A program made the position numbers and the translations under genes. Shown here one piece after another: positions 29,151-46,720 of a stretch of DNA of 64,000 nucleotides. Location: the NCBI RefSeq assembly GCF_009914755.1, contig NC_060925.1, one strand, 5' to 3'. The notes below the pieces were generated by a model. The model was not told where the DNA came from. It did not search any database and worked only from the letters and a program-made list of their open reading frames with translations. Position 1 is the first letter of the stretch. Each line of letters opens with the position of its first letter. Source of the stretch: the human T2T-CHM13v2.0 reference genome, Homo sapiens.

Positions 29151-31544
29151 AAATCACATGGCTAAAGACCAAATCTGGGTATTAAGGCAAGGAAGGAGAA
29201 TGAAAAACTAGCCCCTTGGGGGTTCTGTCTTTACCTGTCTTTTGAGGTTGGTCATTGCTTTATCTTTAAAGAAAGAGAGTTGATCCTTTTTTTTTTTCTT
29301 CTAAGAATTAGAATCCAGAAAGGCAAATAAATTCCACTTTTATAAAATACTATAAGCGGAAATTCATTTGTACATATTAAATTAGTAAATGGTCGTTCAA
29401 TTTTCAAAATAATTATTCTGTAATGAAAAGGCTTCCCTGACTCCTAGCTGGCAACCTGTTTTTGTATGGGATTTAATTTCTTCAAGGCTTACCTAGAGGG
29501 TGTCTGTTGAACAAATGCGAAGTCTTTACACTTCACATAACTTTAATTTCTTAGCAGTGACTTGGGCTCAGTCAACAGAGTCAAATAATGACTCTTGGAA
29601 TGTACACATGTAGAATTGAACCAAGAAATGCCAATTCTTAGGTATCAAAGGGTAAGCAGTACCTTCATTAATACATTTTATAATGTTCTCCCCTGCAGCA
29701 GACACAAACTTTAATGCTAGCATATGAAAATAATTTTCGTGTGTTAGATAACCAGTTTTTATACCAGTATCCTGTGATTCTTGCAGCCATTTTTATCTTT
29801 TATTATGTCCATAGATGTATCTCTTTTATTGAAGCACATGCTCTGAATTTCTTTTTCATTGAATGAAGATGAATGTCAGTAAGTTTATACATTTATCAAA
29901 CAGCAAGATATCTGGTCTCTTTCCCATCTGGGCAGACTGATTCTCACAGCTCTGTCTCCAGTATCTTTGATTGCCTGTTTTCTAACAACTTCTTGGGTTC
30001 CTACCTACAATAGGGTGCTAATTCATTTACTGGAGGACTAATTGCTGAGGGGATGGTGGAAGAGCATCATTGTGCCTTTTCATGTAATGCACAGCAGCCA
30101 AAGTAGGGGCCTGCTTCAATTGCATGCTCTGTTGTCTCCTAAGCCCCAGGCATTACCTGTGCCTGTCCTTAAATAAGTTTTCCTCCATTATGTACTTGTA
30201 ATTCCTGGTACCAATCACCAGATCCGGAGTACTTCCAGTAAGCCCTTCAGTGTCCCCAAATGCCTGACTTCTTTTATCCAAAAGTTAGATCCACTTTTAT
30301 CTTTGTCATTTAAGCTCATCTGATGGAGGTTAAGTACTGTGTAGTTTGTTTTTGTTGTTGATAAAACACTGATAGAGTTTCCATGGAGGTATACTCTATA
30401 CCCCCTAACTTCATATTGTGAAACTCCAGGCAGGGTTTATTGGCCAAATCATAGGCTATAACGGGCTAGTTGTAAAAATAACTCCTTGGTTTTGCAGTTA
30501 CTGAGCAATATAAATTGTGGCTGCCAATTATTCTGTGCCTGTCTCTTTAATGGGGTTTAGTGGCTCTGTGAGTCTAGTTTGATCCTGCACTCACGGTCTC
30601 CAGTTCAAGTCCTGTTTTCTCTAGGAAACCATTTCACTGTTTGACTCTACCCAGATCCTCCCTGAATTCGTAGGAGCCGCAGTTTGTCATGTCCAATTCT
30701 TTTACTTAACCGTATTCTACCATTATTGATGCTGTTTTCCAGACTTTCCCTATACTATATAAGCCCTTATTTGTGTGGGGTGGGGAGGCCTTTTTACTTC
30801 TGTGACTACTTTGGTGCCTAGCCCAGGGCCGAAGTCATAGGGAATTAATAAACACTAATTGAGCCAATATTGACTGAGTACTTAACTGTGTGCAAAGATG
30901 GGTGCTTAGTACTCGGGGAAGGAAACAAATTCCCTTTCACCAGAGGGGTTTCCAAAATAGGAGAAATCCGAAAGAGAAGTGAGAACAGACACCAGATTTT
31001 AAAGTCATCTAGCAGGACTTCAAAGGAATAATTTAGAAAATGGAGCTTTGAGATGATATAACTCAAGAAAAATCTTGTATAAGATTAGTAAATCTGTTAC
31101 GAATTTTAAAATGTTGAGGAATGTCTTTTTTTTTTTTTAGAAATAGGAATGGCTCACTAGCCTGACACAAAGACCAAAAACTGGGGGCACTGTTCTCCTG
31201 AAAGACTATGCAAGTGTGTGGAAGCTGTGTGCCTTTGGGAACTGGCTCTCTGAGGGCAGGGGAGATGGTGCCCCCACGGCCCTGCTCTGGCAAGCCGGGG
31301 CTGGCCATCCAGCAGCATTGTGGAGCAGCAGCCTGGGAAGGCATTGACATTTTTGCACGTGGTGTTGATGGTGGAGGTGGGGAGAGGTGTCCTGTGAAGC
31401 CAACTTGTAAGTATCACTTTGGAGTTCCCTGAAGCAAGTGGGGAGATGCTAATGTAGGGATGGGATTCCTTCACCCCTCTGCTCCGAATCCCCCAGCAGC
31501 CCTTTATTCATTTCAGAGAAATGGCCAAAGTCACAATAAGGCCG

Positions 31545-31965
31545 GTATAATCCAGACCTCTGGCACCCCTATGTCTTCACCTACTCTCCCTTCTCCAGCT
31601 ATGCAGATCTCCTTACTTTTCCTCCAATAAACTAGAGACTGTCCTGCCCATGCCTGGATTTCCTTCTGGTTCATAGTTGTTTCTTCAAGCCTTTGTTTAA
31701 ATGTCACCTTCTCCAAGGAGGTGTCCCTTCACTATTGTCCCTCCCCTGAGCATTCCTGATCCCCCTTCCCTGGCTCTATCATTTTCCAGGCACTTGTCAC
31801 CTTCTAATATATTATATCATTTACTCGTTTTTATGTTCAGTCTCTCCACTAACATAAGCTCCATAAATGGTACAGAGTTTTGCCCATTTGTTCTCTGATG
31901 GATTCCTGCAGCCAGAACACCACCCGCTATGTGTTTAGTAAGACTTTATTGAATGACTAAATGAG
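31545..31965 (+). mobile_element. L2 3' end
   Basis: tttaaatgtcaccttctc...cacttgtcaccttctaatatattatat...taagctccata...ttattgaatgactaaatga. Confidence 0.75.
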
Positions 31966-32895
31966 CATGTGAGGCCTTGACGAGATAGTGATAGTGATAG
32001 CAATAGTCAGCTTTTAATGTTACTCTGACTTCATTTGCACTTTTAGATGGTTATGCTTGGGGACATTCATTCACAATTGTAATGAGGCTCTATCTTCATT
32101 CCTGATTGATTTTTGAAGAGTCTGTCTTAAGACATCACTTAAAAATGTCCCTGTTCCTTGTGTCTTTGGAAATAATTTATGGTTTGCAAATCAACATTTA
32201 AATGCCCAAAGGAAGATCCTGGCAAGGAACTTTAGAGTGAATATCTTTATTAAGAGAGAAAGCCTTCGGTAACTTGTACGATTGCCGCCTCCACACGTGG
32301 AGCCAGAGAAATCAACCTTTAGGAAAAAGCATTCTTGCCCCAATTTGGGGTCTTTTATAAACTGAGAAGACTCAGCCCTTTCTGAGTGGCTGTAATAAAA
32401 GTCACACAGCTCTCCCAGTCTGCTACTTAAGAAGCTGTTAATGGCCATCTTATTAGCCCATTAGCAACTGCTTTAGCCCATTAGTCGACAGTTAAGTGGT
32501 ACAAACTGCTGGAGTTCCAGCAGGATTAGGGTTGGTGGACTTCAGTGCTGCGATTCCATGCTTTGGCAAATTATCTAAGTGGGAAAGGGCAGACTTTCTT
32601 ATACAGCATTTCCTTGTTATGAGGCACACTTGTGCTTCATTTTCTATCTGGGGTGAAATTTTTATGGCAATCATTTGAGAAGAAGTAGTGTTGTCCTTGT
32701 AAACTACAGAGACTCAACTGCCAAAGACCTGACCATTTACCATCTATCTCTAGTTGCCACCCAGCTACCCTGCCAAGACATAGGAATTAGTTCAAAACAC
32801 TGGTGACAGAGGAGATGTGCCCAAACCTGGAGGGGTGGCCTCTGTGTCAACTGGAAAAAGTCAGCTCACCTTGATTCTTTGATCTGTTTTTTACC

Positions 32896-33362
32896 TATGG
32901 TAGGAAGAATGACCCTCTTAAAGATGAGCATGTCCTAATCCCTGGAACTTGTAAATACGTTATGTTACATGGCAAAAGGGACTTTATGGGTGAGACTGGT
33001 CTGAACTATCCTGGTGTGCCCAATGCCATCACAGGTTCTTAAATATGGAAGAGGGAGGCAGAAGAGGAGGTCAGAGTGATGCAAAGTGATGAGACCTCCA
33101 TGCTGTTGCTGACTTTGAAGATGAAGGAGGAGGGCCATGAGCCAAGGAATGTGGCACCTCTAGAAGTGGGGAAGAGCAAGGGAAAGAATTCGTTCATAGA
33201 GCCTCCAGAAAGGAACTCAGCCCTGCTAACACCTTGTTGTTAGCCCACTGAGATCCATCTCTGACTTCTGACCTCCAGGGCTACCAGATAATAAATATGT
33301 GTTGTTTTAAGTACCACATTTGTGCTAGTTTGTTATATAAGCAGCAAGAGAAAATTAATATA
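32896..33362 (+). mobile_element. MLT1D-like MaLR solo LTR
   Basis: atgtcctaatccctggaacttgt...atggcaaaagggacttt...ccatgagccaaggaatgtgg...gagcctccagaaaggaac...aaaattaatata. TSD ttacc/gtacc. Confidence 0.88.
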
Positions 33363-34185
33363 GTACCCAAGGTGGTCAGGGGACTTTGTAGTAGAACTAT
33401 TGAAGAAAGAGATAGATAGCACAGTTCCTTCTCTTAAGGGTTTAGGGTGGCAAAAAATAGGCACAAAAAGCAATGACTCTACAACAATTTTTGGAGAGCA
33501 CACAAACTTTAGCTTTTACCCCAATCTAACCCCATTCTCAGGGATTGATTGCATTAGCAGGAGAGAAGAAACAAATACAAAAGCAAGCAAACAAACACAA
33601 ACCCCAAACTTACCATTTGAATGCCTGCCATGCACAGCATTTTAGCAGAGGAGGATAAATACATTTATACCTGAAATAACTTGAAACACAAAGATATATG
33701 ATCAAAAGCAACCATCACAAGAACAAGATAATATTGTACAAAGTGGAGAGGTGGTGCAATGACACAAAGTAATACTGATATGCAGCTTTATCAGTGAACA
33801 TGCACCATTCCAGCCATCTTAATAGCCATGAATAGAATAGATTCTGTGATGGAATCTTGCGCTGGAGTGCTCACGTGCATTGCCAAGTGCTGTCTCCATG
33901 TTGCTTGTGGTTTTTTGATTGTTCTCTGCCAGCACATCCTTTTAATTAGTCCTTTGCTGTTTCAACAGTTTTCTCATTTCCAGTCATTCTTCTGATTCTT
34001 TACTGTTCTCAGAATGCCTTTGACATTTCCTGGTTTATTTTGGTCCTAGACTATTTTGACAAATTCTAAAGTGTCTCATTTTAATATCTTTGTGACTTCT
34101 CAGCATTCTTACACCTAATTCACAAACTTAAAATCAAATTTTTAGCCTTTGATTAATAAATAAATGCTGAGGAAGGGATATATTT

Positions 34186-38015
<3,830 letters not shown>

Positions 38016-38126
38016 TTAAATAGTCTTTGGCATTGTAGTAAGTTCAAAACTGATCATAAGTACCTGACACTGCACATGTAAAAATTCCAGTTTTAAAAAA
38101 ACCTCCAGAAAAGTCTATGTTGTCGT

Positions 38127-38573
38127 CATAATGGGTTTTATGATGGCCCCCTAAAATATATGTCCTTGTTCCCCAGAACGTGTGACTATGGTCTCACTTG
38201 GAAAAAGTCTTTGCAGATGTAATTAAGTTGAAGTTCTCAAGATGAGATCATCCTTGATTATCCAGTTGGTTCTAAATCCAATAACAATCATCTTCATAAG
38301 AGACAGAAGGGAAGACATAGATGGGAAGCAGTAGAGCATGTGAAGATGGATGCAGAGATTACAGTGATGCTGCCACAAGCCAAGGAACGTCTGATGCCAC
38401 CAGAAGCTGGAAGAAGCAAGGAAGGATCCTCCCCTAGAGCCTTTGCAGGGAGCCCTGACCTGCTGACACCTTGATTTCAGACTTTTGGCTTCCAGACTTT
38501 AAGATAATTAATTTGTTCTTTAAAGTCGCTGATGTTATGGTGATTTCTTATGGCAGCTACTCCAAACTAAACA
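38127..38573 (+). mobile_element. MLT1C-like MaLR solo LTR
   Basis: gtctttgcagatgtaattaagtt...gatgagatcatcc...gccacaagccaagga...ccaccagaagctggaagaagcaaggaaggatcctcccctagagcc...aaactaaaca; tcgt on both flanks. Confidence 0.88.
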
Positions 38574-40082
38574 TCGTAAAACCTTCAGTACCTACCTGTG
38601 ACCTGTTAATGTTAACTTTTATAAATTACTGGGCATGGTTTTTGTGAGATCACTGGACCACACTCATCAGCTGGAATGAGCATATGAAAAACCTTGCCCA
38701 GCTGAACCTTTCAAAAATACCCTTCAGTGTTATGCATATATAGATGGTAGATACTGATAAAGGAGATAGTGTGTTTTCACATATGTGTATCCATGTGGGG
38801 CTGTAGAATGGGGATGAGTTTATTTAGGAAAGGATGATTGTAGGTGAGTTCTGAGGAAGACCCGCACATCTACATCCCAGAGGGAGAGGAAGGGAAGGGA
38901 TATCTCAGACGACCCATTCATTTTGTAAGAAAATTTAATTACTGGCTCCAGAAAGCATTTTCTCTGAATTTTATATAACAACTACATTCTCAGCAGATAG
39001 AGGGAGGTAGACCTTGGGGCAAGCAAGTGGGAAAAATAACCTATAAAGTGTGTTCACAAAATATGACTGTTATTCCACCCTGGAACTTAATAGAAATCCT
39101 TTGACTGTTGTTCTGCAGTCAACAAGACTCATCTAATTGGTGACCATGGTAACAAAATCAGGTCATACGGAGGTTCATGCTGAGATCAAGCATATGTAGA
39201 TCTCCTAGTTCAAATATACACAAAGATAAGAACCTGTTGGTAAGAGTCTGTAATGTTAGATTGAGGATGGGCTCTCCCACACCGAGCTTATAAAACTGAG
39301 AAAATGGTCATTTGTTTGCAGTAGCCATACGTTTTGCAGAAAAGAAAGAGGTTTTTCAGATTCACTGGGGGGAAAAGATAATTCAGAAATGTGAGACCAG
39401 AATGAGTGCGTAGATGTTGCTTCATAGATCTGTGTAATTTACTCCCTGGGGTTTGTAGTGTGTCTGACTTATATTTTAGACATAATTAAGTAATCAGCAG
39501 TGTACATTGTAAAATGAATGTTTAGGCTGCTTGAGGTTAAATTTTCACAGCCATAGCAGCTGCGTGGTACTAGAGACCACCCCTCCCCACAGCCAGATCC
39601 TCTCCCCTGCATACAGTCAGTTATTTAAAATCTGTGAATGGGACTAAAATTATTTCCACAGTCACCATTTTTCAGCAGATCTAAAGAGCAGCCACATGGT
39701 AACCACTGGATACTGGATGACTGCACTTCATGCTAGTGAGCATTGATTGTCAGCTCTGGCTCAGTAGCTGAAGTGACAATAACAATATCAATTGTAGCAT
39801 AAATAATACTTTTATTTATGTGGGATCTCAAATGAACTCCAGAAAAGTCTGTGAGCTGGGAAGTTTTTCCCACACTGCAGATGAGAATACTGAGGTGGTG
39901 AGAGATTACAGTTTTGAGAGATCACACAGCTTCTGCCTTTTAAATGTGGAATAAAGGATTAACATCTTTATCTTGAGCTATGTATATAAGAGATCCAAAC
40001 CAATGGTGGTTCTTATTATGTGTCTAAACTCTGTTCTATTCCATTACCTGTCTCCTTCTTGCTCTTAATGACCCTGCCTCTG

Positions 40083-40448
40083 TGTATTAGTCCATTTTCA
40101 CGCTGCTGATAAAGACATGTCTGAGACTGGGTTTATAAAGAGAAGAGGTTTAATGGACTCACAGTTCTGGCTGGGGAGGCCTCACAATCATGGTGGAAGA
40201 CAAAGGAAGAGCAAAGGGACTTCTTACATGGCAGCAGGCAAAAAGAGAGAATGAGAGCCAAGCGAAAGGGGAAACCCCTTATAAAACCATCAGATCTCAT
40301 GAGACTTATTCACTACCACGAGAACAGTATGAGGAAAACCACCCCATGATTCAGTTGTCTCCCACCGGGTCCCTCCCACAACACGTGGGAATTGTGAGAG
40401 CTACAATTCAAGATGAGATTTGGGCGGGGACACAGCCAAACCATATCA
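40083..40448 (-). mobile_element. THE1B-like MaLR solo LTR
   Basis: tgtattagtccattttcacgctgctgataaagacat...ggggacacagccaaaccatatca. TSD ctctg/ctcag. Confidence 0.95.
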
Positions 40449-40789
40449 CTCAGTGACCCTTGGAGGGACACATGGGTAAGAAAGGGACTTAAAAGGGCTC
40501 TTTTCTTTCTTTCCTTTCTCCCTCCTTCTGTTCTTCCCTTCCCCTCCCTCGTTTCCTTCCTTTATTCTTTTTATCAGACTTGACCCATACCCACTTTCCT
40601 TCCCTACCAAACCCATGAGAAGATAAGGCAAGAAAGAGGACAGGTAGTTGGTGAGGGCTGATTTAGAATGGTTGTCTACTTGCTCAAAGGAAGCACAAAC
40701 CTAGGGATTCATTTAGGTTTACTGGTGGATTTTCAAAAAGAAGGGTGTGTGCTCTCTTTCTTAAAACAAAATATAACAAACATTTATTT

Positions 40790-41100
40790 TTAAATTGTCA
40801 AATAAATAGTTGTTATGAAAAACATTCAAATGTGAGGGACACATAGTAAGAAAAACATAAAAGTCCTGCCTCTCCATTCCTACTCCCCAGAGTTAACCAT
40901 TATTGGCCATTTGATGTGTATAGTCTATACCTAGTGCATTGTATATAATATACAGAATATATGATATGAATACACATTTTAAAAGCAAATTATCTTCATT
41001 CTATATGCTCTGTTCTACAATTTAGTTTTTTTAACTTAATGATGTATCTTTTCATATTAGTGCATGTAAGTCTACCTTATTATCCTTTAACAACTGAATA
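40790..41100 (-). mobile_element. L1ME-like 3' end fragment
   Basis: ctccccagagttaaccatt...tgttctacaatttagtttttttaacttaat...tttcatattagtgcatgtaagtctacc. Confidence 0.55.
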
Positions 41101-41103
41101 CTA

Positions 41104-43453
41104 CAGGCATACCTTGGAGATAGTGTGGGTTTGGGTCCAGACCACCACAATAAAGGAAATTACCACAATAAAGCAAGTCACATGAATTTTTTGGTTTCCC
41201 AGTGCATATAAAAGTTAATGTTTACACTATACTGTAGTCTATTAAGTATGTAATAGCATTGTCTAAAAATGCACAAACTTTAATTAAAAAATACTTAAAA
41301 TTGCTAATGGTAATCTAAGCCTTCCGTGAGTCAATCTCTCTACTTGTAGAGGGTCTTGCCTTGATGCTAATGGCTGATGACTGATCAGGATGGTGATTGC
41401 TGATGGTTGGGGTGGCTGTGGCAACTTCGTAAGATAAGGTAATAAGGAAGTTTGCCACATCCATTGATTCTTCCTTTCACAAAAGATTTCTCTAGCAGGT
41501 GGTACTGTTTGATAGCATTTTACCCACAGTAGAATATCTTTCAAAATAGGAGTCAATCCTTTCAAATCCTACCACTGCTTTACCAACTAAATTTATGTAA
41601 TATTTTAAATTCTTGTTGTTATTTCAACAATGTTCACACCATCTTCACCAGGAATAGATTTCATTTCAGGAAACCATTTTCTTTGCTCATCCATAAGAAG
41701 CAACTCCTCATTTATTCAAACTTTATCATAAAATTTTAGCAATTCAATCACTTCTTCAGGTTCTCTTCTAATTCTAGTTCTCTTGGTATTTCCACCACAT
41801 CTGCAGTTACTTCCCCTACTGACGTTGCGAGTCCCTTAAAGTTATCCATGAATGTTGGAATCGACTTCTTCCAAACACTTGTTAACATTGATATTTTGAC
41901 CTCCTCCTGTGAATCACAAATGTTCTTAATGGCTTCTAGAATGATGAATCCTTTCCAGAACGTTTTCAATTTACTTTCCCCAGATTCATCAGAGGAATCA
42001 CTATCTATGGCAGCCTTACAAAATGTATTTCTCAAATAATAAGACTTGAAAGTCAAATGACTTCTTGATTCATAGGCTGCAGAACTGATATTGTGTTAGC
42101 AGACATGAAAACAACATTCATCTATTTGCACATCTCCATCAGAGCTCTTGAGTAACCAGATGTATTGCCAACAAGCAATAATATTTTGAAAAGACTCTCT
42201 TTTTTCCTGAGCAGTAGGTCTCAACAGTGGGTTTAAAATATTCAGTTAGGCCATGCTATAAACAGATGTGCTGTCATCTAGTCTTTGTTGTTCCACTGAT
42301 AGAGGGCAGGCGGAGTAGATTTAGCATAATTCTTTCTTAAAGGGCCTAGGATTTTTAGAATGGTCAGTGAGCATTGGCTTCCACTTAAGGTCACCAGCTG
42401 CATTAACCCCTAACAAGAGAGTCAGCCTGTGTTTTGAAGTTTTGAAGCCATGTCCTAACTTCTCTCTAGCTATGAAAGTCCTAGATAGCATCTTCTTCCA
42501 ATAGAAGGCTGTCTTATATACATTGAAAATCTTTTGTTTAGTGTAGCCACCTCCATCAGTGATTTTAGCTGGATCTCTTGGATAACTTGCCACAGCTTCT
42601 AACAACAGCACTTGCTGCTTCACCTTGCACTTTTATGTTATGGAGATGGCTGCTAGCTTCCAAATTTTCTTCTAGAGCTTCCTCACCTCTGTCAGCCTTC
42701 ACAGAATTGAAGGCAGCAGGACCTATTTCTGGATCAAGACTTGGCTTAAGAGAGTATTTTGGCTGGTTTGCTCTATCCGGACCATTAAAACTTTCTCCAT
42801 ATAAGCAAGATGGCTATTTTGCTTTCTTATCATTGGTGTGTTTACTGGAATGGCACTTTTAATTTCCTTCAAGAGTTATTCTTTTCATTCACAACTGGGG
42901 TAGCAGTTTGGTGAAAGAAACCTAGCTTTCAGTCTAGCTCAGCTTTTGACATGCCTTCCTTACTAAGCTTAATCATTTCTAGGTTTTGCTCTAAAGTGAG
43001 AGATACACAATTTTTCCTTTCACTTGAGCAATTACAGACCATTGTAGGGATATTAATTGGCCTAATTTCAATATTGTTGTGTTTAGGAAATGGAGAGTCC
43101 CAAGGAAAGGGAGAGAGATGGGGGAGCAGCTGGTCAGTGGAGTGGTCAGAACACACACAATTTTTATGGATTAAGTTCACCGTCTTACATGGGCACAGTT
43201 TGTGGTGCTGTAAAGCAATTAGACTAGTAACATCAAAGATCACTGACCACAGATCACTGTAACAGCTATAATAATAATGAAAAAAGTTTAAAATGTTAGA
43301 ATTATCAAAACATGACACAGAGACATGAAATGAGCCCATGCTGCTGAGAAAATGGCACCAATAGAGTTTCTTGATGCAGGGTTGCCACAGACCTTCACTT
43401 TCTAAAAAATACAATGTCTGCAAAGTACAGTAAAATAAAATGGAGTATGCCTA
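41104..43453 (-). mobile_element. Near-full-length Tigger1 pogo DNA transposon (copy A), transposase disrupted
   Basis: TIRs caggcatacc...gtatgccta with TA on both flanks (41102-41103, 43454-43455). Transposase fragments at 42321-42623 (FYWKKM...[12 protein letters not shown]) and 41748-42056 ([11 protein letters not shown]...LKTFWKGF). Confidence 0.95.
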
Positions 43454-43459
43454 TAATAC

Positions 43460-43575
43460 ACAATCCACAGGGTTGTTGTAAAAATAAATCAGGTAATACA
43501 CAGAAAAGCTTAGCACTGTGCCCAGAACACAGGGTCAATAAATGTTTGCTGCTAATTTTGTTATTGTTGTTGTCA
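43460..43575 (+). mobile_element. MIR 3' fragment
   Basis: cacagggttgttgtaaaaataaat...aaagcttagcactgtgcccagaacac...tcaataaatgtttgctg. Confidence 0.7.
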
Positions 43576-44509
43576 TTGTTATCTTTATGACCATTATTTT
43601 TTATTATTGGTTTCAAAGTTTAGTGGGGGTTACAGAAATTAATCAAATATAGGCACAGAAAGTGTAATTCAAACTGCTGTAAGTGGTAAGTAAGAAGCTG
43701 CATTAGCAGAAGTCACTTACAGTGCTTGAGAGTGAAAACCTGCACCCCGATCTAATCAGGGAATTGGAAAGGGTTTCACTGATGAAAGGGCCTTGGTTGG
43801 AGCTGAGAACTGAGAGCTGCTTCTTAGGCATTCACCAGGGAACGGGGGTAAGACTGAGCGAGGCAGACACATGTTGCAGGCAGAGGAGACGGCTTGTCTA
43901 ACACCCCTGAGACAAGTACAAAGTCACGGCGGGAGGCTGATCCCCCTGAAGATTGTCGGTGACTCCCAAAGAGCATAGGACAGAAAGAGGAAGCCCCGGG
44001 AGGCAGGAAAAAGCTGCAGTATGGTCCTATTATGTCAGAATGAGGTTGAGAAAAGACTTTGGAGAACCAGCTTTTCTGCCCATAGCAGGTTGATGGCTGC
44101 CGGAGATGCCCAACATAGCTCCACCATGATCTGGAACTCACAAGGCACTTGAGTGCCAGCAGAACCCAGGCATGCTGCCAGACCTGGGAAAAAAATAGTA
44201 TTGTGCATCTTCTTCCCTGCTCCTCACCATCACCCAGAAAGCAGAGGCCCTGTCTTACCCCAGCCCAGGCAGCTCCGTGGTGCTCTCTGACAAGGTCATA
44301 TGGATCTCATCAGCCAGGTCTCCCACTCCCCCGAGAAGGAGCAGCCAGCCCCAGCCCCAGCCCAGGGGCCTGAGCCTCTGGCTCAGCAGATCGACTAGCT
44401 TCACTTCTGATAGAAGAACTGTGACCTGAGAAACAACACTTGAGACTTTCCTTCCAAGCTTCATCTAAAGCCCTTGGAACCCCTTCTTTTGTCATTGAGG
44501 ACCTATCTC

Positions 44510-44720
44510 TCTGGTGTGGAAAGTATGGGCTTCAGAGTCTCAAAAACCAAAGTACAAATCCTGTCTCTGCCATTTACTGTAAAGTCTCAGAATGCTGAGA
44601 CTCAGTCTTCTCATCTGTAGAATGGAGTTAATACCACCTACTCACAGGACTATCCCAAGACAATAAAAGAGATCATGTGTGCAGAGCACTTCATGCAGTG
44701 CCTACCACTTGCACCTGGTG
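44510..44720 (+). mobile_element. MIR
   Basis: caaatcctgtctctgccatttact...ctcagtcttctcatctgtagaatggagttaataccacctactcacagg. Confidence 0.75.
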
Positions 44721-44849
44721 GCTATTCCTATGAAGCATGTCTATTCCTATAAAGTTGTTTGATCTACACAGGGCAAGATCTAATCACCTTGGAAAGGTAG
44801 AGCTAACAACCCCCACTTTGAGCCTCTCACAATTACTTCTTACTAAATT

Positions 44850-45020
44850 ATCTCCTATATTACTAGCAGTGTGGTCTTGGGTAAGTTACTTAACGACTTT
44901 TTGCCTTTTCTCATTTGCAAAATGTGGATAACAAATCCTATCCTACAGAGTCGTTAGGAAGAGTAAATGGCTTAACATAGGTAAAGTGCGTGACACCCAG
45001 TAAATGTGATGATAATAAGG
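44850..45020 (+). mobile_element. MIR fragment
   Basis: tactagcagtgtggtcttgggtaagttacttaac...ctcatttgcaaaatgtggataa. Confidence 0.7.
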
Positions 45021-45039
45021 ATGATTTTAACCTGAGCTA

Positions 45040-46500
45040 AAGATTCCTCTGGCTGCTATGAGGGCAAAGTGGAAATAGAAAAACTACTTAGAAGTGTATT
45101 GTAATAAACCAGGCAAAAGCTGGTGGCTTGAATCAGGATGGGAACACTGTAGGGGGAGAGAAGCACTTGGATTCTGGGTATGTTTTGAAAGTAGAGAGAC
45201 AGTATTTACTGAAATATCAGCTGTGGGGGTGTAAGAGAAAGAGAGGAATTAAGGGTGACCCCAAAGTGCAAGGCTTAGCAATCAGAAGGATGGAGTTGCC
45301 ATTTACTGACTAAAGTAAAGCAGGGTTAGGGAGGAAATCAGGAGTTCTGATGTTATGTGCAATTAGATGTTCAATTAGTGATATCAAGTAGGTGGCTGTA
45401 TGTAAAAGTCTGGAGTTTAAAGAGAGGTACCAGCTGGGGCTATAATACATTTGTATTTAAAGCCAGGAAACTTAGATAATCTTATCAGAGACTGGAGTGG
45501 ATAAAGAGAAAAGGTCCCAAGGTAGCCTTCAGACTCTGCCATACTTAGAAGGTGAAGAGAAATCCACCAAGAAAACAAAGATGAAGTAGCCACATGGTAG
45601 GAGGAGAATAAGGAGAAAACATTGTCTCAGGTTACAAATGAAGCAAGGGTTTCATGGCAAAAGGAGTGATTATGATTGTCAGCCTTGGCAAATACAGGGC
45701 TGATGTCTGAGGATGATAAGGACTGAGGACTGATGTCGCCCTTGGACAATGCATGGGGGCATTGGTTTCTTTGAAAGGGTTTTCTTCAGTAGAGTGGTGG
45801 GGGGAAGGCTGAGTAGACTGGGTCCAAGAGAAAGTAAGAGGACAGAAAGTGGAAACAGCGAGTATAAATGACTTATTTAAAGAATTGTGCTGCTGATAGG
45901 GAAGAAAGGGTGGGGCTATTCTGAAGGGAGATGTGGGGTCCAGGGAGGGTCTTTGTTGATTTTTAAAAAATGGGAGATAATATGGCATGCTTGATTGCTG
46001 GCAAAAATAGTCCAGTAGAGTGAGAAAACTGCAGGAGAACAAAAGGATAATTCTAGGATTGATGACCTAAAATAAGGAAGAGAGGAGGGCACAGATTACT
46101 TGGGGGAAATGCAGGTAGATGTAAACGTGTGATCGATTGAATGTTTACATATTCTCTTCCATTTGCAATATTTTCTTAGTGAACCAAGTTTATCACCAGA
46201 GAGTCCAGAGGGTTGTTGGAAGGTGGACAGATTTGAGCACATGTGATATTGTTGGTTGGGAGAGAGAGAGCGTACTGGATGAAGGAAGTGTAGTAGACAG
46301 GATTGCTGGGCACACTGAGGGCCCACTTGAGCTTGGTTAATCAAGAACTTAGAGTAAGGCAGTTAGCATGGCTGATGTTTCACCCCAGCTAGGTTCAGCT
46401 GTCTGGGTGAAGCATAGGAGGGGAGGAGAGTTGAATTTAACTAGGGCTGGAATTTTGCCCAGCAAGTATAGCGGAGGGAGATTAGGTGTGAAAAATGATG
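45040..46500 (-). mobile_element. Long L2 LINE relic
   Basis: ctctggctgct...ggattctgggtatgttttgaaagtagag...gaaggatggagttgccatttactga...gagttgaatttaactaggg. Confidence 0.75.
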
Positions 46501-46529
46501 GTATGTGTGCTCAAAGAATAAAATCTGTT

Positions 46530-46720
46530 GGAAAGAATGATAGCTTAGAAATCATTCTGACACAGCGATCCAAAATCTGGGTTTCAGTCCTGATTCTACC
46601 GCTAAAACTGTGTGAACCTAAGTCCTCTGCTCCCTGAGCCTCCATTTCCTCATCTATAAAGTGGGGATTGTAATCTACCTCATAGGACAGTTCGGGGGAC
46701 AGGAAGGATGTAAAGGCAAT
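46530..46720 (+). mobile_element. MIR
   Basis: ctgggtttcagtcctgattct...ctgagcctccatttcctcatctataaagtgggga. Confidence 0.7.
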
